This document shows positions 1 to 12,200 of a stretch of DNA of 64,000 nucleotides, piece after piece; the stretch's first letter is position 1, and each line of letters starts with the position of its first letter. The notes under the pieces were generated by a model. It worked only from the letters and a program-made list of their open reading frames with translations. It made no database searches and was not told the origin of the DNA. Position numbers and translations under genes: made by a program. Origin of the DNA: Botryllus schlosseri (lineage: Eukaryota); assembly GCA_051294905.1 (NCBI GenBank), contig CM119373.1:1304001-1368000 (forward strand), in the 5' to 3' direction.

Positions 1-116
1 CTGGGGGCCGCGGTTGGGAATCACTGATCTATATTATACACAGTCTCGGTTCTAAGACATCACTTGATCATTAAAACCCTAAATGATACTAAATCAACCT
101 ACTGTCTTGCATTTGA

Positions 117-505
117 CTAGAGTGGACTTTGTAGTGTACTAGAACGGTACATACCTTGTGACTTTCTGCGCAGGTACAACTGCCGTACCCATTTTAAGCG
201 TTTTTTCTCCTTGAATTCTGTTTCCTCAGTTCCACCAAATAACATGAACAGACCAAGCATGCAGACGTAGCCAGCAAAATTTGATGTCTTCTCTCGTCGT
301 CCATCACTCCACACTTGCAAGACCAGCAAACTGAACAAACTCACCAAGTACCTCGCGCTGACGCTCAAAAGACGCTACAGGAGCGTTATCAAGCGCTGCC
401 GCGCGGCGGGAGTTTCGCGTTAGCTCGCGCCTGCAGTTCGCGGTACAGGGAGTCTTTAGAATAAACAAAGAATGCCTCGCGGCAACTCATCGTGTAACCG
501 AGCCT
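117..505 (-). mobile_element. PIF/Harbinger transposon 5' end fragment (TIR plus decayed transposase N-terminus)
   Basis: Minus strand reads TTAAGGCTCGGTTACACG (Harbinger-type TIR next to TAA). ORF 117..368 contains KKRLKWVRQLYLRRKSQGMY, resembling the Harbinger transposase N-terminal WVR...R...G.Y motif. Confidence 0.5.
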
Positions 506-1199
506 TAAATGGTACGCACGCACGCAATCCAAGGCGTATGCAACTATAGATAAATAGGGTAAACCGTAGATGCGACGGTTTGTGCAGAATGCATAGCGTA
601 AAATGCAGCGGTGTCGAGTGTAGGTTCCCCAATCACGAACTATTCTACACGCTCACTGTACAACCAAATTAAGGTGCAATCCGCAGTATATTCAAGACAT
701 TGTTAGAGATGTGTTGTTGCATTTCACGACATCTCAGACTTTCAGCATGTGATTTCTAAGCAATCCAGCCACTCACTGTATCTCAACTATTCAAGTATGG
801 CACCAACACATCGTGCAAAGCCGGGCTGCAATTGGTCATGTTCCAAAGCAAAGAAATGCGCGGATTGTTCACAATCCATCAACCGCAATTTGCAAACAAT
901 CCTGAAGAGAAATCTCACCGGGAAAATTTCACAACATCTATCTTGTCATTTGGAGACCACACTCAAGGAGACATAATAAAATATACGTTACATAAAGAAA
1001 CGCGAGTCAATGCTTCCCAATCCGCAAGCGTGGGTGTAGGGAGATGTGTACCGATGGAGCACTGGGACCAAAAATACTTGAACAATTCTGAATGATAATC
1101 TCATAATTACACTCCGTGAATTTCTTTACAAATTTATGCTGGCGGAATCTTCCTTCACACGCAAATAACTTTGACCTGCGCGACTTTTTGTTAATCATA

Positions 1200-1460
1200 T
1201 GTTATGGCTGGCAATTTGAACTTGAAAAAGTACAGCTCTAGCATTCTGCACTCTGACTTCATTTCTAGGTGAGTAATAAGTCTCGTCCTTTGGTGCTGAT
1301 GAGAGATGACGGACAGACTGTTCCGGCAGAAGATTCATTAGATTAGAGCAAATAATCCCAACTACATCTGAAGAAATAAACAATGCGGGAAAGCAACATT
1401 ACTGCACGAGCACGGGCGGCGACGTATACGAAGTCTGTTTCAATACTGCGACGTGAGGGA
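1200..1460 (-). mobile_element. Partial LTR related to the Gypsy LTR at ~61135-61363
   Basis: ~1280-1458 aligns by eye, same orientation, with ~61133-61319 (shared gctgatgagaga, attagattagagc, actacatctga, aaagcaacattactgcac). Confidence 0.5.
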
Positions 1461-1699
1461 TTTCACCCGCAATGTCAAGCTTTGCTAAGACCAATATCGA
1501 AGCCTGCTATGGGGTAGGCTGAAGTTGTCTATCATGGGTGTTTTTGGTATGCACTGTTAGTTTCGTGTGCTGCAAGCCAGTTTATGAATTCACACGTGAT
1601 GAAAACGTCCAGCAAAAAATAACTGAAGGAAATGAAATCTCACATTGCCGATATATGTCGATCACGCGAATGCCAATGACGACGACTCGCAATGTAAAA

Positions 1700-1900
1700 A
1701 AAAATATTGGAGTTATCAGGGACATGAACCCAAGCATTAATTTGTCTCGCAGAGAAGCCGGAATTCTAATTAGATTGCAGACTGGTCATTCTAGGCTGAA
1801 CGGCCATCTCCACAGAATGAAATGTCACCAAAATGTCCTTTGTGATGTATGCGGGATCGAAGAAAACGTGGAACATTTCCTTCTTCCCTGCCCTATAAGT
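1700..1900 (+). pseudogene. Non-LTR retrotransposon (I/Nimb-like LINE) ORF2 C-terminal zinc-knuckle fragment
   Basis: RLQTGHSRLNGHLHRM...CDVCGIEENVEHFLLPCP matches the RL.TGH...CX2C...E...H...CP motif. Confidence 0.7.
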
Positions 1901-2699
1901 ATGACGTGCCAGGATGAATCTAATTCAGACCATCAACCAGTGCGGCAGATCTTAGCAAAGCTTCACACCTTAACCAATAAATTACTTCCCGTTATCCAGG
2001 AGCCCGGTCTGGAGCCCGATCTGGTTTCGTTGGGTTTTGGCGACAATGCTTCGCGATTGGCGCAGGGATCTGAGATTTTTTCAGATGATGACAATAACCT
2101 GTTCGCCACGCCCAACTCAGTGAGGAAATATGAAACCGGAGGTTTTGTGACAGAAAATTCGAAATGGGATGTTGTAAAACTGGAAAGCTACGTCGGAGAC
2201 GAGCTGGGTGCGATCGCACAGCATAGGGAATTCTGACTTTTCTTATGTAATAGTAGTCGAATATCAAGCCTTGTGATCGCTAGCTATTTATTCATCGTAT
2301 CCTTTTGCGTCCTAGTAATAATTTCGCATCCGATTGTCATAAGAAACATCCTTGGTATTCTGATTCAGATAAACCTTGTTGCATAGATTTCACGGTGATG
2401 GGTCAACTTGTAATAATTACCCTGGTATCGGTCATGTATCCACTCGGGATGGGGGGGGGGTCCACTCTAAACGATTCTGCGAGAAGAATGCTTCATAGAG
2501 TGCAACTGACACCGTGAATTCAGTTTAAATGGAATCTGTTACTTGAATGCCGTGGAAGAATACGAGCACCCCGGTGCATCAACGGAATTTTTGAAGAAGT
2601 GCATCAATTTGCTAACCTTGCCTCGATTCCTCCGCGATAGAAACGTTCTTTTTGATGAAATGGAGAAATTGCGTCTTTCAATTGCATGACTGCAGAAAC

Positions 2700-3245
2700 G
2701 CAGTGTTCTCAATCGAGAGGCTTGTAGTACTTTGTCACTCTTCGATCTCAGTCGCTTCTGTCGCCATATGGCAATAATTGGTGCTGAGAAAAAAGAAAGA
2801 AAACCGGGCGAAGTGTGACCGCAAGAAGTTCTTATTTCGACATCGATTCGGCAAATCGGACAAAATTATTTTCAATCGGATCGATTATAAATTTTCTAGC
2901 ACCGAGGAATTCATTCGTCTTGTCCCATGGCTTGGATTTTTGTTTGCCACCCAAAAATAGAGAAGGGATTCTTGCAGAGTTCGAAGTCCTTATTGGCCAA
3001 CTACGCCATCATAATGCGCAGGATGCCAACGAGTACTCAGCATTGCGAGCTAAGTAAATTGAGTGACCTAGCTCATGCATATTGCGGAACACATGTGGAT
3101 ATTGACGACTTCTTTCATGTCCACTGAATGTTGGCGTTCAATTAAGTCTCTACGCTCTAACTCAAGTATCCACATCACGAAAGCTGACAATGGATCGGGA
3201 GTCTTTATTCTGAATAAGTGTGATTACATTTTAAAAATAGACCAC
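2700..3245 (+). pseudogene. Penelope-like element reverse transcriptase N-terminal fragment (frameshifted)
   Basis: VLSHGLDFCLPP, ILAEFEVL and IHITKADNGSGVFILNKCDY (degenerate ADKG..V.L...DY) lie across several frames. Confidence 0.75.
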
Positions 3246-4602
3246 TTGCTACAAGTGCACCAATCAACAACGTACACTCAACTGTCATTGATTTCAACGG
3301 CGAGACAAAATATCCTGATCTGGATGTTACACCGAGATGCCAAGAAGACAACCAAGTTACCAAAACTAAAGACAAATCAAAGTGTTCAAGGTCTCTTGGT
3401 GCCAGATCAAAATCATCAGTTCAAACGAGATCCATGTTCAAGGCTTTAGAGCACAAATCTTTGAAACTGTAGCGACCCTAATACGGCGCTGTCGACCTAA
3501 CAGGGACGTCGTTGTTCTTCGGTTCAGAAACCCCCTCGTCGGCGACCCGATACCACCAGCATGCCATCAAGTACACCCAGGAGTGTTCACAGAGATATAC
3601 AGGCACTGCACTACATTGCAAGTACAACCACACAGTTCACAAGCATTCCTAAGCTTCCTACTAAACGACCGCGCACCCAATAACACGTGCAGCCAGAAAC
3701 GCGAAGAACATTCTACCAGCTTCCGTGAAGAAAGGGCAGACTAGTCAATCAACTGTGACCAACAATGCAATCACTGATCCATTAAATTAATCAATTCCCA
3801 GGATATTACAAAACCAAAAAGTTCAAGCAAATCAAGTTCAAGTTACCGGTCATCGACAAGTACCGGTACTTCTACCATAGCCTTTACAAACTAGCCTGGA
3901 AGCGGCAGACCGATTCAGTGCTTTTGTTGTTCCGTGCAGCGACACCGCGTGTAAGACTGCGACTTTCAATTTCTGCAGCCATTTGATACTTGGAGATGTG
4001 TGTATTCTGCATATCTACCCGGTCGATCTGACTGAGGAAGAACTCAAAGAAATGTTTAAAGACGTAAGTAATAGCTATAAAACATCAAGGACAAAAATAA
4101 ACTTCGTCCTTTCTTGTGGTAACTGATGATATACAAATGATTTCAATAGAGCAGTGAAATCAAACGGAATCAGGGAGTATAGGCCTACTCTCCCCGTTGC
4201 TGTTCTGTTGATCCAAGCTTGTTGAGAAGTTGGATGACGTGTTGCTCATATTATGTTTCAGAATGAAGAGGACGTAGTTGTAACGTCAAATGAAGAGGGA
4301 TGTTTTGAGATTCAAACTGGAGATATTGATATCGTATGTTAACTGCCGTCACTTTCATCTTCACAACAAATATCTGTACATGTACTGCTGGTGCTGGGGT
4401 ATAGATCCTCTCTACTGGGATCATAACTATTATTGGTGTGACATTGGATATGAGAATCATCCCTGTATTTCAATAAACGCTGGAATGAAAGGATACTTGA
4501 TGTTCATGGATTGTATTGTGGTTTTTGGGGTCAATGAATAGATGGATTGGTAACAACAGTAGGTACCGGACGAGCAGGTATTCACTAGAGGTGGCAATAG
4601 AG

Positions 4603-4866
4603 TAGAGTTACCATACGTAGGATTTGTCCTCCTTTTTCGGGTTTTTGAAAATGTCCTCTGAGGACGCCTAAATGTCCTCCTTTTTGGCGATTCGTCCTTT
4701 ACAGCTAAGATAATGGAAATTTGTGGTTCGATCAAAAGCGACGACCTTTTTTTAGTCAACCCTTCAGCAAAAATAGCGAAATCGGCTGATTTCAGTTTTG
4801 ACCAACTAACTTATCTGAATTGGTAAAAGTGTCCTCCTTTCCCCCTTCCAAAATATGGTATCCCTA
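4603..4866. mobile_element. hAT (Blackjack-like) MITE nested in the P-like element
   Basis: TIR TAGAGTTACCATA / TATGGTATCCCTA; 8-bp TSD CAATAGAG / CAATAAAG (1 mismatch); subterminal GTCCTC repeats. Confidence 0.8.
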
Positions 4867-5559
4867 CAATAAAGTGATCAGAGTTTAGAACGAGTTGTTA
4901 ACCTGATGAAAATTGGATGCCCATTCTTGATCTGCAGAATGGGAGCTACCATCTTTCTCATTTGGAACTTTATACAGGCGAATCCCACTTCTCTGAGAGC
5001 TTGTACACCCCGGCAAACAGCAGTATTTACCGGAGCCCTTTCCGCACCAGGCCTTTTTCATGTCTCTCTGTAGGCAAAACTATCTAATTCTTTCTCAATT
5101 AAAGAATAGAACTCGGTCACTACTTCACAATTCCAGCAACTTGACATCAAATTTTGTCATTGTAATGCAAAAGTAACAAAGTTTAACACTCAATCATTGG
5201 GCTATATTCATGCATACCAAAACTTAGCAATTTTTTCCAATGTAGTAATTGACAAATAATTGCAAAGAATGAACGAAGTGACGAGCAGCCAGTAAGCTAT
5301 TGATATTTTTTTCCAATAAAAAACTCTAAAAACACCACAATATTGTCATAATGAAAAGTTACGACGGAGACTTGGAGTAATTGTTTTTTAATTTTCTAAT
5401 ATGACACCCAACTTGGCCTCAGAGAACATTTAAATGCATGCAAAGTGTACACTGAAGAAAATAATAGAAAGCAATATAAAATGGAAACGGAAATATGCAA
5501 AGGAAATGAAGTAGCATGTGTCGGAAATATGAAGAACCAGTTTCGATAATGTTGCGACC

Positions 5560-6560
5560 ATATTCAACTTCGGATACGATCTCGCAGTGCTTTGGAGCCT
5601 CTAGATTTATATTTCTTTTGTTCATGATAATTTCTCGTCGCAGCCAGGCAGTATGTATGAGTTCTTGTTCTCACAAATTTAGAAATGAGGAGTTTCACAA
5701 GGTCTGGTCACAATGTGGATAATGTAATGGAATATTGACATTCCCGAGAATGCTTCTCATGTCAATAAACCGTGAGTTTTTTTGCTTTTGAAAATAAATT
5801 TCGACTCCTTTCATTAGGTAAAAAAATCTTTCATTTGGGCATATAAGTCCTCTGTTTTTAGGTTCGAATTCCATTGGTAGAGGGTTCTTAGATACTTGGT
5901 TTTTACACCAATCTCTCCATTCACCAGGAAACTTTTTGACAGCCCACTTCAATATAGCACCACATATATATTTAATTACTTTCAGGTCATCATCAGTTAT
6001 CAATACACTCTTATACTTTGAAACTCCCCAGTCCGTAGCTTTTTTAATTGCTCCAGGAATAATCGTCTTCAGCAATTGCTTGACACGACTTTCAGGTATA
6101 TCTAAGCAGCAAATGTATAGGTCTTTTGCATGAGGGCAGAGTATGATAGCATCATTTCCTTTTTACTTTCGAATGATACAGTTTTCTTTATATCTTGCAA
6201 TAGTTCTTTGTATAGGTCTGTTTCCTTTTTTATCGTTATTTCCAATCCTAAAGTACAGATCCCGGTGTCCAATAGTTCCTCACAGTTAACATCCGATATC
6301 AATATCTCCACAGTTTGACTCTCCGAACATCCCTCCCTATCTGACGTTCCAACTATGTCCTCTTCATTCTGAAACATATGAGCCAAACGTCATTTAACTT
6401 CAAGAGGCCCTTTTCAACACAACAGCAAGGGGGAGTACTCCCTGGTTGCGTTTGACTTTCACTCCTTTATTAGGAACATGAAATAATTAGTATATCATCA
6501 GTTACTATAGCTATTACTTACGTCGTTAAATATTTCTTCGAGTTCTTCCTCAGTAAGATC
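5560..6560 (-). pseudogene. Degraded spliced gene in the P-like element, resembling the THAP9/P transposase C-terminal region
   Basis: Motifs IKYICGAIL, NRGLICPN and VRTRTH...SKALRDRI lie in shifting frames. Donor GTAAGT follows DLTEEELEEIFND; acceptor TTTCAG precedes NEEDIVG. Confidence 0.5.
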
Positions 6561-6761
6561 AATCGGCTAGATATATATACAAAATACGCACTCGTCCAAG
6601 TAGCAAATGGCCGCAGAAAATGAAAGTCGCAGTCTTACACGCGGTGTCGCTGCACGGAACAACAAAAGCACTGAATCGGTCTGCCGCTTCCAGGCTAGTT
6701 TGTAAAGGCTATGCTTCTACGTGAAATCCTTCAACAAAATCTCGCTATGGTGGAATCAATG

Positions 6762-7195
6762 TAGGCTTACCATATTTTGGAAATGGAAAAAGAGGACACT
6801 TTTTCAGAAATTTGCAAGATGCAAAACCGGAGTAGAAGTCTCAAAAACCCGGTGAGTTTTTCCTCCCACTTTGTGATCGGTTGACTGATCGGTTGACTAG
6901 AAAAAAAAGGTCATCACTTCCACGAGCTCAAAATGCCGTTTTTTTTCTCCACGTTGCCAGGTGGATGACTGAAAAAAAAGTCATCTTTTCGCTCAGAGCT
7001 AAAATCACCGTTTTTCACTCCGGAATACCCGCCGGAACTTCACTACTGTGCTAATTTGCGGCATATCACTTGCAATTTTCTCTAAATCTTACCTAAATTT
7101 AAAAAAAAGAGGACAAAATCTCAAAAAGAGGACAAAAGGGCGTCCTCCGAGGACACTTTCAAAAAAGTCAAAAAAGAGGACGTATGGTAAGCCTA
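6762..7195. mobile_element. hAT (Blackjack-like) MITE
   Basis: TIR TAGGCTTACCATA / TATGGTAAGCCTA; perfect 8-bp TSD AATCAATG; subterminal GAGGAC repeats. Confidence 0.9.
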
Positions 7196-7429
7196 AATCA
7201 ATGTCGAAAATTATCATCGGACACTGCAAGAAATAAGCTCTGCAGGAGAAAAACAGAATATCATATATATCCTGGCTTCAATGAACACTGAAATATACAA
7301 TCAATTCAAAATCAACAACCAATGGGGCTGTTCCACTTCATTTTAAACACGCGGTGGCGACAAAGGTAACTCGACCCAAATTTGTTTTGATGCTGTATGC
7401 TTTACTATGGGAACGGACTAAACATGGAC

Positions 7430-8490
7430 CCAATTTCGTCTAGTGGCGTACAACAAGGATGGTGAAAGTATTCATATCAATTTAAATCATCCATAGGGAT
7501 ATCAAGTAGCTGTTAGCCGACGAAAATGAGGCTATTTCTCGGCGTCTTGTCCTCGTGATGGACATTGGCACCATGTCAGGTGGAAGCTTACCGGTACATT
7601 GCTGTCAATTTTCCGAGAGTCGTCATTTGATCTCGGAATATGCATCAATTAGAAACAAAAAGTTATCGCAAGGATAGGTTCCGTTTACGAAGAGGTATGG
7701 ATGCCTGGTCCTCTCCTGGAAAAGCTGTCTGCAGAATATCATTTCACCAACATGATTTTTATACTGCCTCCCCTCACCGTAAATTAGTTCCCCCATGAGT
7801 GTTGTGTGTTATGAAAAATTATGTTGTGTACAATGTACATTTACTGCTGTGAGGTCCTACACCTTATAAAAATCATGCATTTGAATTACAATGAAGCTGA
7901 TCAAATTTCAGTAAAGGCAGCCTCATCTGTTCTGTTTTCAAGAGACGAGATGGCCTCTCCATTGCCAAAAAAAAATAAGTCTCGTAACGGGATGAAAAAA
8001 ACTGACGCAAAAATGCATTTTCAATAAGTCGTTAAATTCGAGTGTTTTATTATGATGTTTTGAACCGATTTTAAAAGGACTGTGTTGTGAATATATTTGT
8101 ATTATGGGCCCAATATTCGGTATTGTCAGTGTGTTACTTATAGATTAAAAAAAAACTGATGACAGATACCAATTCGTCAGAATAAATGCTGATTTCAACA
8201 AAAATGTGCGTATATATTGTTTTTGGGCTATAACTCCTTTTGTATAGAGAAAAGTTTCTTCTTAAGACAGAAGAAACATGATGCTTCCGCAGATTATGAG
8301 CTATATATCATGAGTCTACGACCAGCGGTTGCCGAGATGGGCCATTTTACACCCCATACGCGCAGAAATTGGGGAATTGCCGGCTGAAAAATGAGGGTAA
8401 TACCCTGAAGTCACTTTTTATTGAAGTTTTAGGTCAATTGTCAGGATTGAGGAAGCCCTTTTTTGATTTACAATCAGGGTGAAATGACTT
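7430..8490 (+). mobile_element. Truncated hAT-related element (transposase relic plus right end), same family as 34626-36948
   Basis: ~7945-8490 is highly similar to ~36390-36935. The upstream relic GHWHHVRW resembles the PG..HHARW motif. Confidence 0.65.
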
Positions 8491-9072
8491 TTTTATCTTT
8501 CAACGCGACATAGCTAGAGTCATTTTTATTTTATCACCCATCGAGTCCGAGTAATTCTACAAATGGTCGCGCCCATGTCCAAATCACAATTTTCAGTAGA
8601 AATCATCAACGGGCCATGCTTAACCATCATAAACAAGTGATGCCACGTAATAAGTAGGCCTATCCTTCTACTGCGTCGTAACTTTCGAAAGTGATGTAAT
8701 AATGAGGATTGATGAGTGGTTTCAGGCTTCTGGAGTAGTTTGAGCGAATTTTGGGTTATCTAATTCAACAAAAATTGACATTAAATATTGTCGAATACTT
8801 CTATATCCAAAATGCCGTCACGGGCCGCATGCGTGTTTGAGACCGCTGACTTAGAGGGATATGTTTCTGTGAAGAACTCAGCAGGTATAGCTGTCCAACA
8901 TGGCTGTAGCCATAGGCGCCGAGTTACGGGGTGGCGGGGTGGCGCAGCCACCCCATGACATATTTATGGGGTGGCGGCCACCCCATACAATATGATCAAA
9001 CGCCCACCGTCTGCGATTTCAAATCATCAGCGCTGTCAATTAGCGAGTCCGTTATAGCGCGTAAATGCCAAC

Positions 9073-9230
9073 TGTGGTGATCGCTATCGTCTCATTTCGG
9101 TTTTGTTATTATTACTTAATTGGTTGATTATGTACTCTAGTCTTAGGTATAAAACCATTGCGTTTCTATTCATTGTTTGTCTTAGTTAATAAAAGCCTTG
9201 GATGTAAAGAGGTGTATTCGATTCACAACA
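9073..9230 (+). repeat. 5' LTR
   Basis: Direct repeat of 12954-13111. TATAAAA at 9148-9154; AATAAA at 9188-9193. Confidence 0.97.
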
Positions 9231-9231
9231 A

Positions 9232-9250
9232 TTTTATTAACTAAGACAAA
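9232..9250 (+). promoter_or_regulatory. Self-complementary primer-binding site (not tRNA-type)
   Basis: TTTTATTAACTAAGACAAA is the exact reverse complement of LTR 9176-9194. There is no TGG-starting tRNA-type PBS after the LTR. Confidence 0.85.
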
Positions 9251-9262
9251 GCAGCTTTAGTC

Positions 9263-12200
9263 ATGTCGGTCGATGGAGGAGCAGAAAACCGCCGATGCCC
9301 TATTCTCATAAGGGTACCTACTCTTGAGGTGTTGCCGAATGCTCCGGCCGTTCAGAAGTCATTCTGTCATTGGGAACGACAACTGGAATCCTACATAGCT
9401 GCTGCATCCTTTGCCGATGCCACAGTAGATAAGCTTGCATTATTGTGTGGATTCATTTCGGCGGACGTCTACGCATTGATAGAAGAAAAGCAATCCTACG
9501 ACGAAGCTCTGAAGTTATTACAGGATCTTTACAAACCTAAGAAAAATGTTATATTTTCAAGACATCTTCTCTCAAGTAGAGCGCAAGATACCAGCGAGAC
9601 CGTTCAGGAATTTCATCAAAGCTTATCAGCGCTCGCAAAGGATTGTGATTTCAAGAGTGTCACCGCCGACCAATATCGCCAAGAATCCATAAGAGATGCT
9701 TTCATCAGAGGTTTGAAATCTTCCCATATACGTACGAGACTGCTTGAATGCGAGGAACTGCCACTGCAAAAAGCGATTATCACTGCTATTTCACTGGAGA
9801 AAGCTCAAGAATTTTCCATTTCCTATAAAGTTAATGACATCGATGCACGTTTCGTTGCAAGCACCTCTAACGATCCCAGCCGGCCTGCGAGAGACGCACC
9901 GGATCCTCAGCTCAACACGGTTTCTGCAATTAGCAGAGTGTCCGAAGTCAAATCAATCAAAGAATGCACGTTCTGTGGAGGTACCCATGTCGCTAAGCGC
10001 GACCAATGCCCAGCATCGATGGTTGAATGTTATAAATGTGGCAGACTTGGACATTTCAGAAAGTTCTGTAAATCAAAAAGCAAATACCTGGCTGCTGCTC
10101 CGAAATGTTTGAAGGACTCGACCATACCCCTTACAACTGCACAGCAGATATTCGATGCTATGCTCGATTCGGGAGCTGCTGAATGTTTCATCAAACTGGA
10201 TATTGCCATCAAACTAGGTTTGTTTCCACAGGGACCAACTTACAGTATCAAATTGGCTTCCAACAAATGCGCCACCGATGTGCTAGGACACGTTACCGTC
10301 GTATTCATAGTGGCGTCACGTGAGTACACTCATCAATTTGGCATAATCGATGATTTATGTGCAGACTTCGTCCTGGGACTAGATTTCATGAGATTGCACA
10401 AGAAGGTTATTTTCGAATTCAAAGATGGCAAGAACGAGCCATTTACAGTAGGCGTAAACTCTCACTTGGCACTTGTTACTTCCATAGTCGATGAACCGCT
10501 TCGTATATTCCAATTCTTGACTCCAGATTGCAAACCTATTGCCGCTCCTTCTCGAAGGTATAGCAAAGAAGATAACGAATTTATTAAAGGAGAAGTACAG
10601 AAGCTCCTCAGTGACGGTATCATAGAACCGAGTCATTCACCTTGGCGTGCTCGGCCACTAGTAACCAGGGACGCGCGGCATAAACGAAGACTTGTCATTG
10701 ACTATTCAGTATCTATCAACAGGTACACCAATTTGGATGCTTATCCACTGCCACGTATAGAAGATGTTATCAATGAAGTCTCTAAAGGCAAGTACTATTC
10801 AGCCGTTGATTTGAAATCGGCTTACCATCAAGTCCCGTTACACCCTGATGACAGACCTTTCACGGCGTTCGCCGCTTGCGGTTCACTTTACCAATTTTGC
10901 AGATTACCGTTCGGCGTCACGAATGGAGTAGCGGCTTATCAACGTTACATCGATTCGTTTATTTCAAAGCATCAATTACAGGGTGTAGTGGCGTATTTGG
11001 ATGATATTACAATCTATGGCGCGACCAAGGAAGAGCATGATATCCGCTTGAAAGCATTTTTAGATTCCGCAACAGCTTGTCACCTAACCATCAATACAGA
11101 GAAATCAAGTTTTGGAATCGAAGAAATACAATTGCTTGGGCACAAAATATCTCACGGCAACATAAGTCCGGACCCTGACCACATGAAGCCGCTTCTGGAA
11201 ATGGCCGCGCCAACGGACTCTAAAGGTTTGAAACGTATATGCGGTATGTTTTCATATTATTCCAAATGGATTCACAATTTCTCGGCTAAGATTAGGCCTC
11301 TTATTCGTTCATCCAATTTTCCTTTGGGACCTGATGCTATTGCTGCTTTTCATCAATTGAAGAAAGAGATAATGGACTCTTGTCTAGGATGCATTTACGA
11401 AGACCAACCATTTACAGTTGAGTGTGACGCGTCAAACTGCGCCATTGCAGCAGTTTTGAATCAGTGTGATCGGCCTGTAGCGTTCTTCTCTCGCACACTT
11501 ACAAAGACAGAATCGAACTACCCCGCTATTGAGAAAGAAGCTCTCGCAATCATTGAATCGGTTCGGAAGTGGAACTACTTGCTTGCCAATCATAAATTCC
11601 TTCTTGTTACAGATCAAAGAGCGTTATCTTACATATTTCAGAAGAAGCATCACAGCAAAATCAAGAATACAAAACTTGCGCTATGGCGTCTTGAACTCAG
11701 CTCTTTCAACTATGACATTTCACATCGCGCGGGAATCGAAAATGTCGCTGCAGACACCTTGTCTCGTATTTGCTCCGTAACCGGTTCAGGTCAAAATTTG
11801 AATGAAATCCATGCACAACTTGGCCATCCCGGAGTTAGCCGATTGGCCCACTTTGTTAAATCCAAGAATTTACCGTATTCCACGGAAGACGTGAAACGTA
11901 TCTGTTCCAGCTGCCGTGTATGCGCAGAACTCAAACCTAGATTTTATAAAGGAGATTCTCACCAATTGATCAAAGCCATTTATCCCTGGCAAAGAATATC
12001 AATCGATTTCAAAGGTCCGGTCCCCGGTAAACGTAAATTCATTTTAATCATTGTCGACGAATATTCACGATTCCCTTTTGCATTTCCATGCTACAATATG
12101 ACGTCGGAAACCGTAATCGAATGTCTAATGACGTTGTTCACTCTCGTTGGATTGCCTGAATATGTACATAGCGATAGATCGATGTCATTTATGTCGAAAA

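Larger units (their letters stand above)
3876..6713. mobile_element. Non-autonomous P-superfamily-like DNA transposon
   Basis: Termini CATAG...CTATG. Outer 93 bp form perfect TIRs (3876-3968 / 6621-6713). Flanked by the 7-bp TSD CTTCTAC (3869-3875, 6714-6720). Confidence 0.85.

Noticed and set aside
1538..2236. 232-aa ORF as a real gene
   Set aside because: Chimeric: a LINE zinc-knuckle fragment fused to unrelated sequence, with a non-ATG start.
3300..3870. LINE endonuclease relic
   Set aside because: Suggestive spacing only; catalytic motifs not recognisable.
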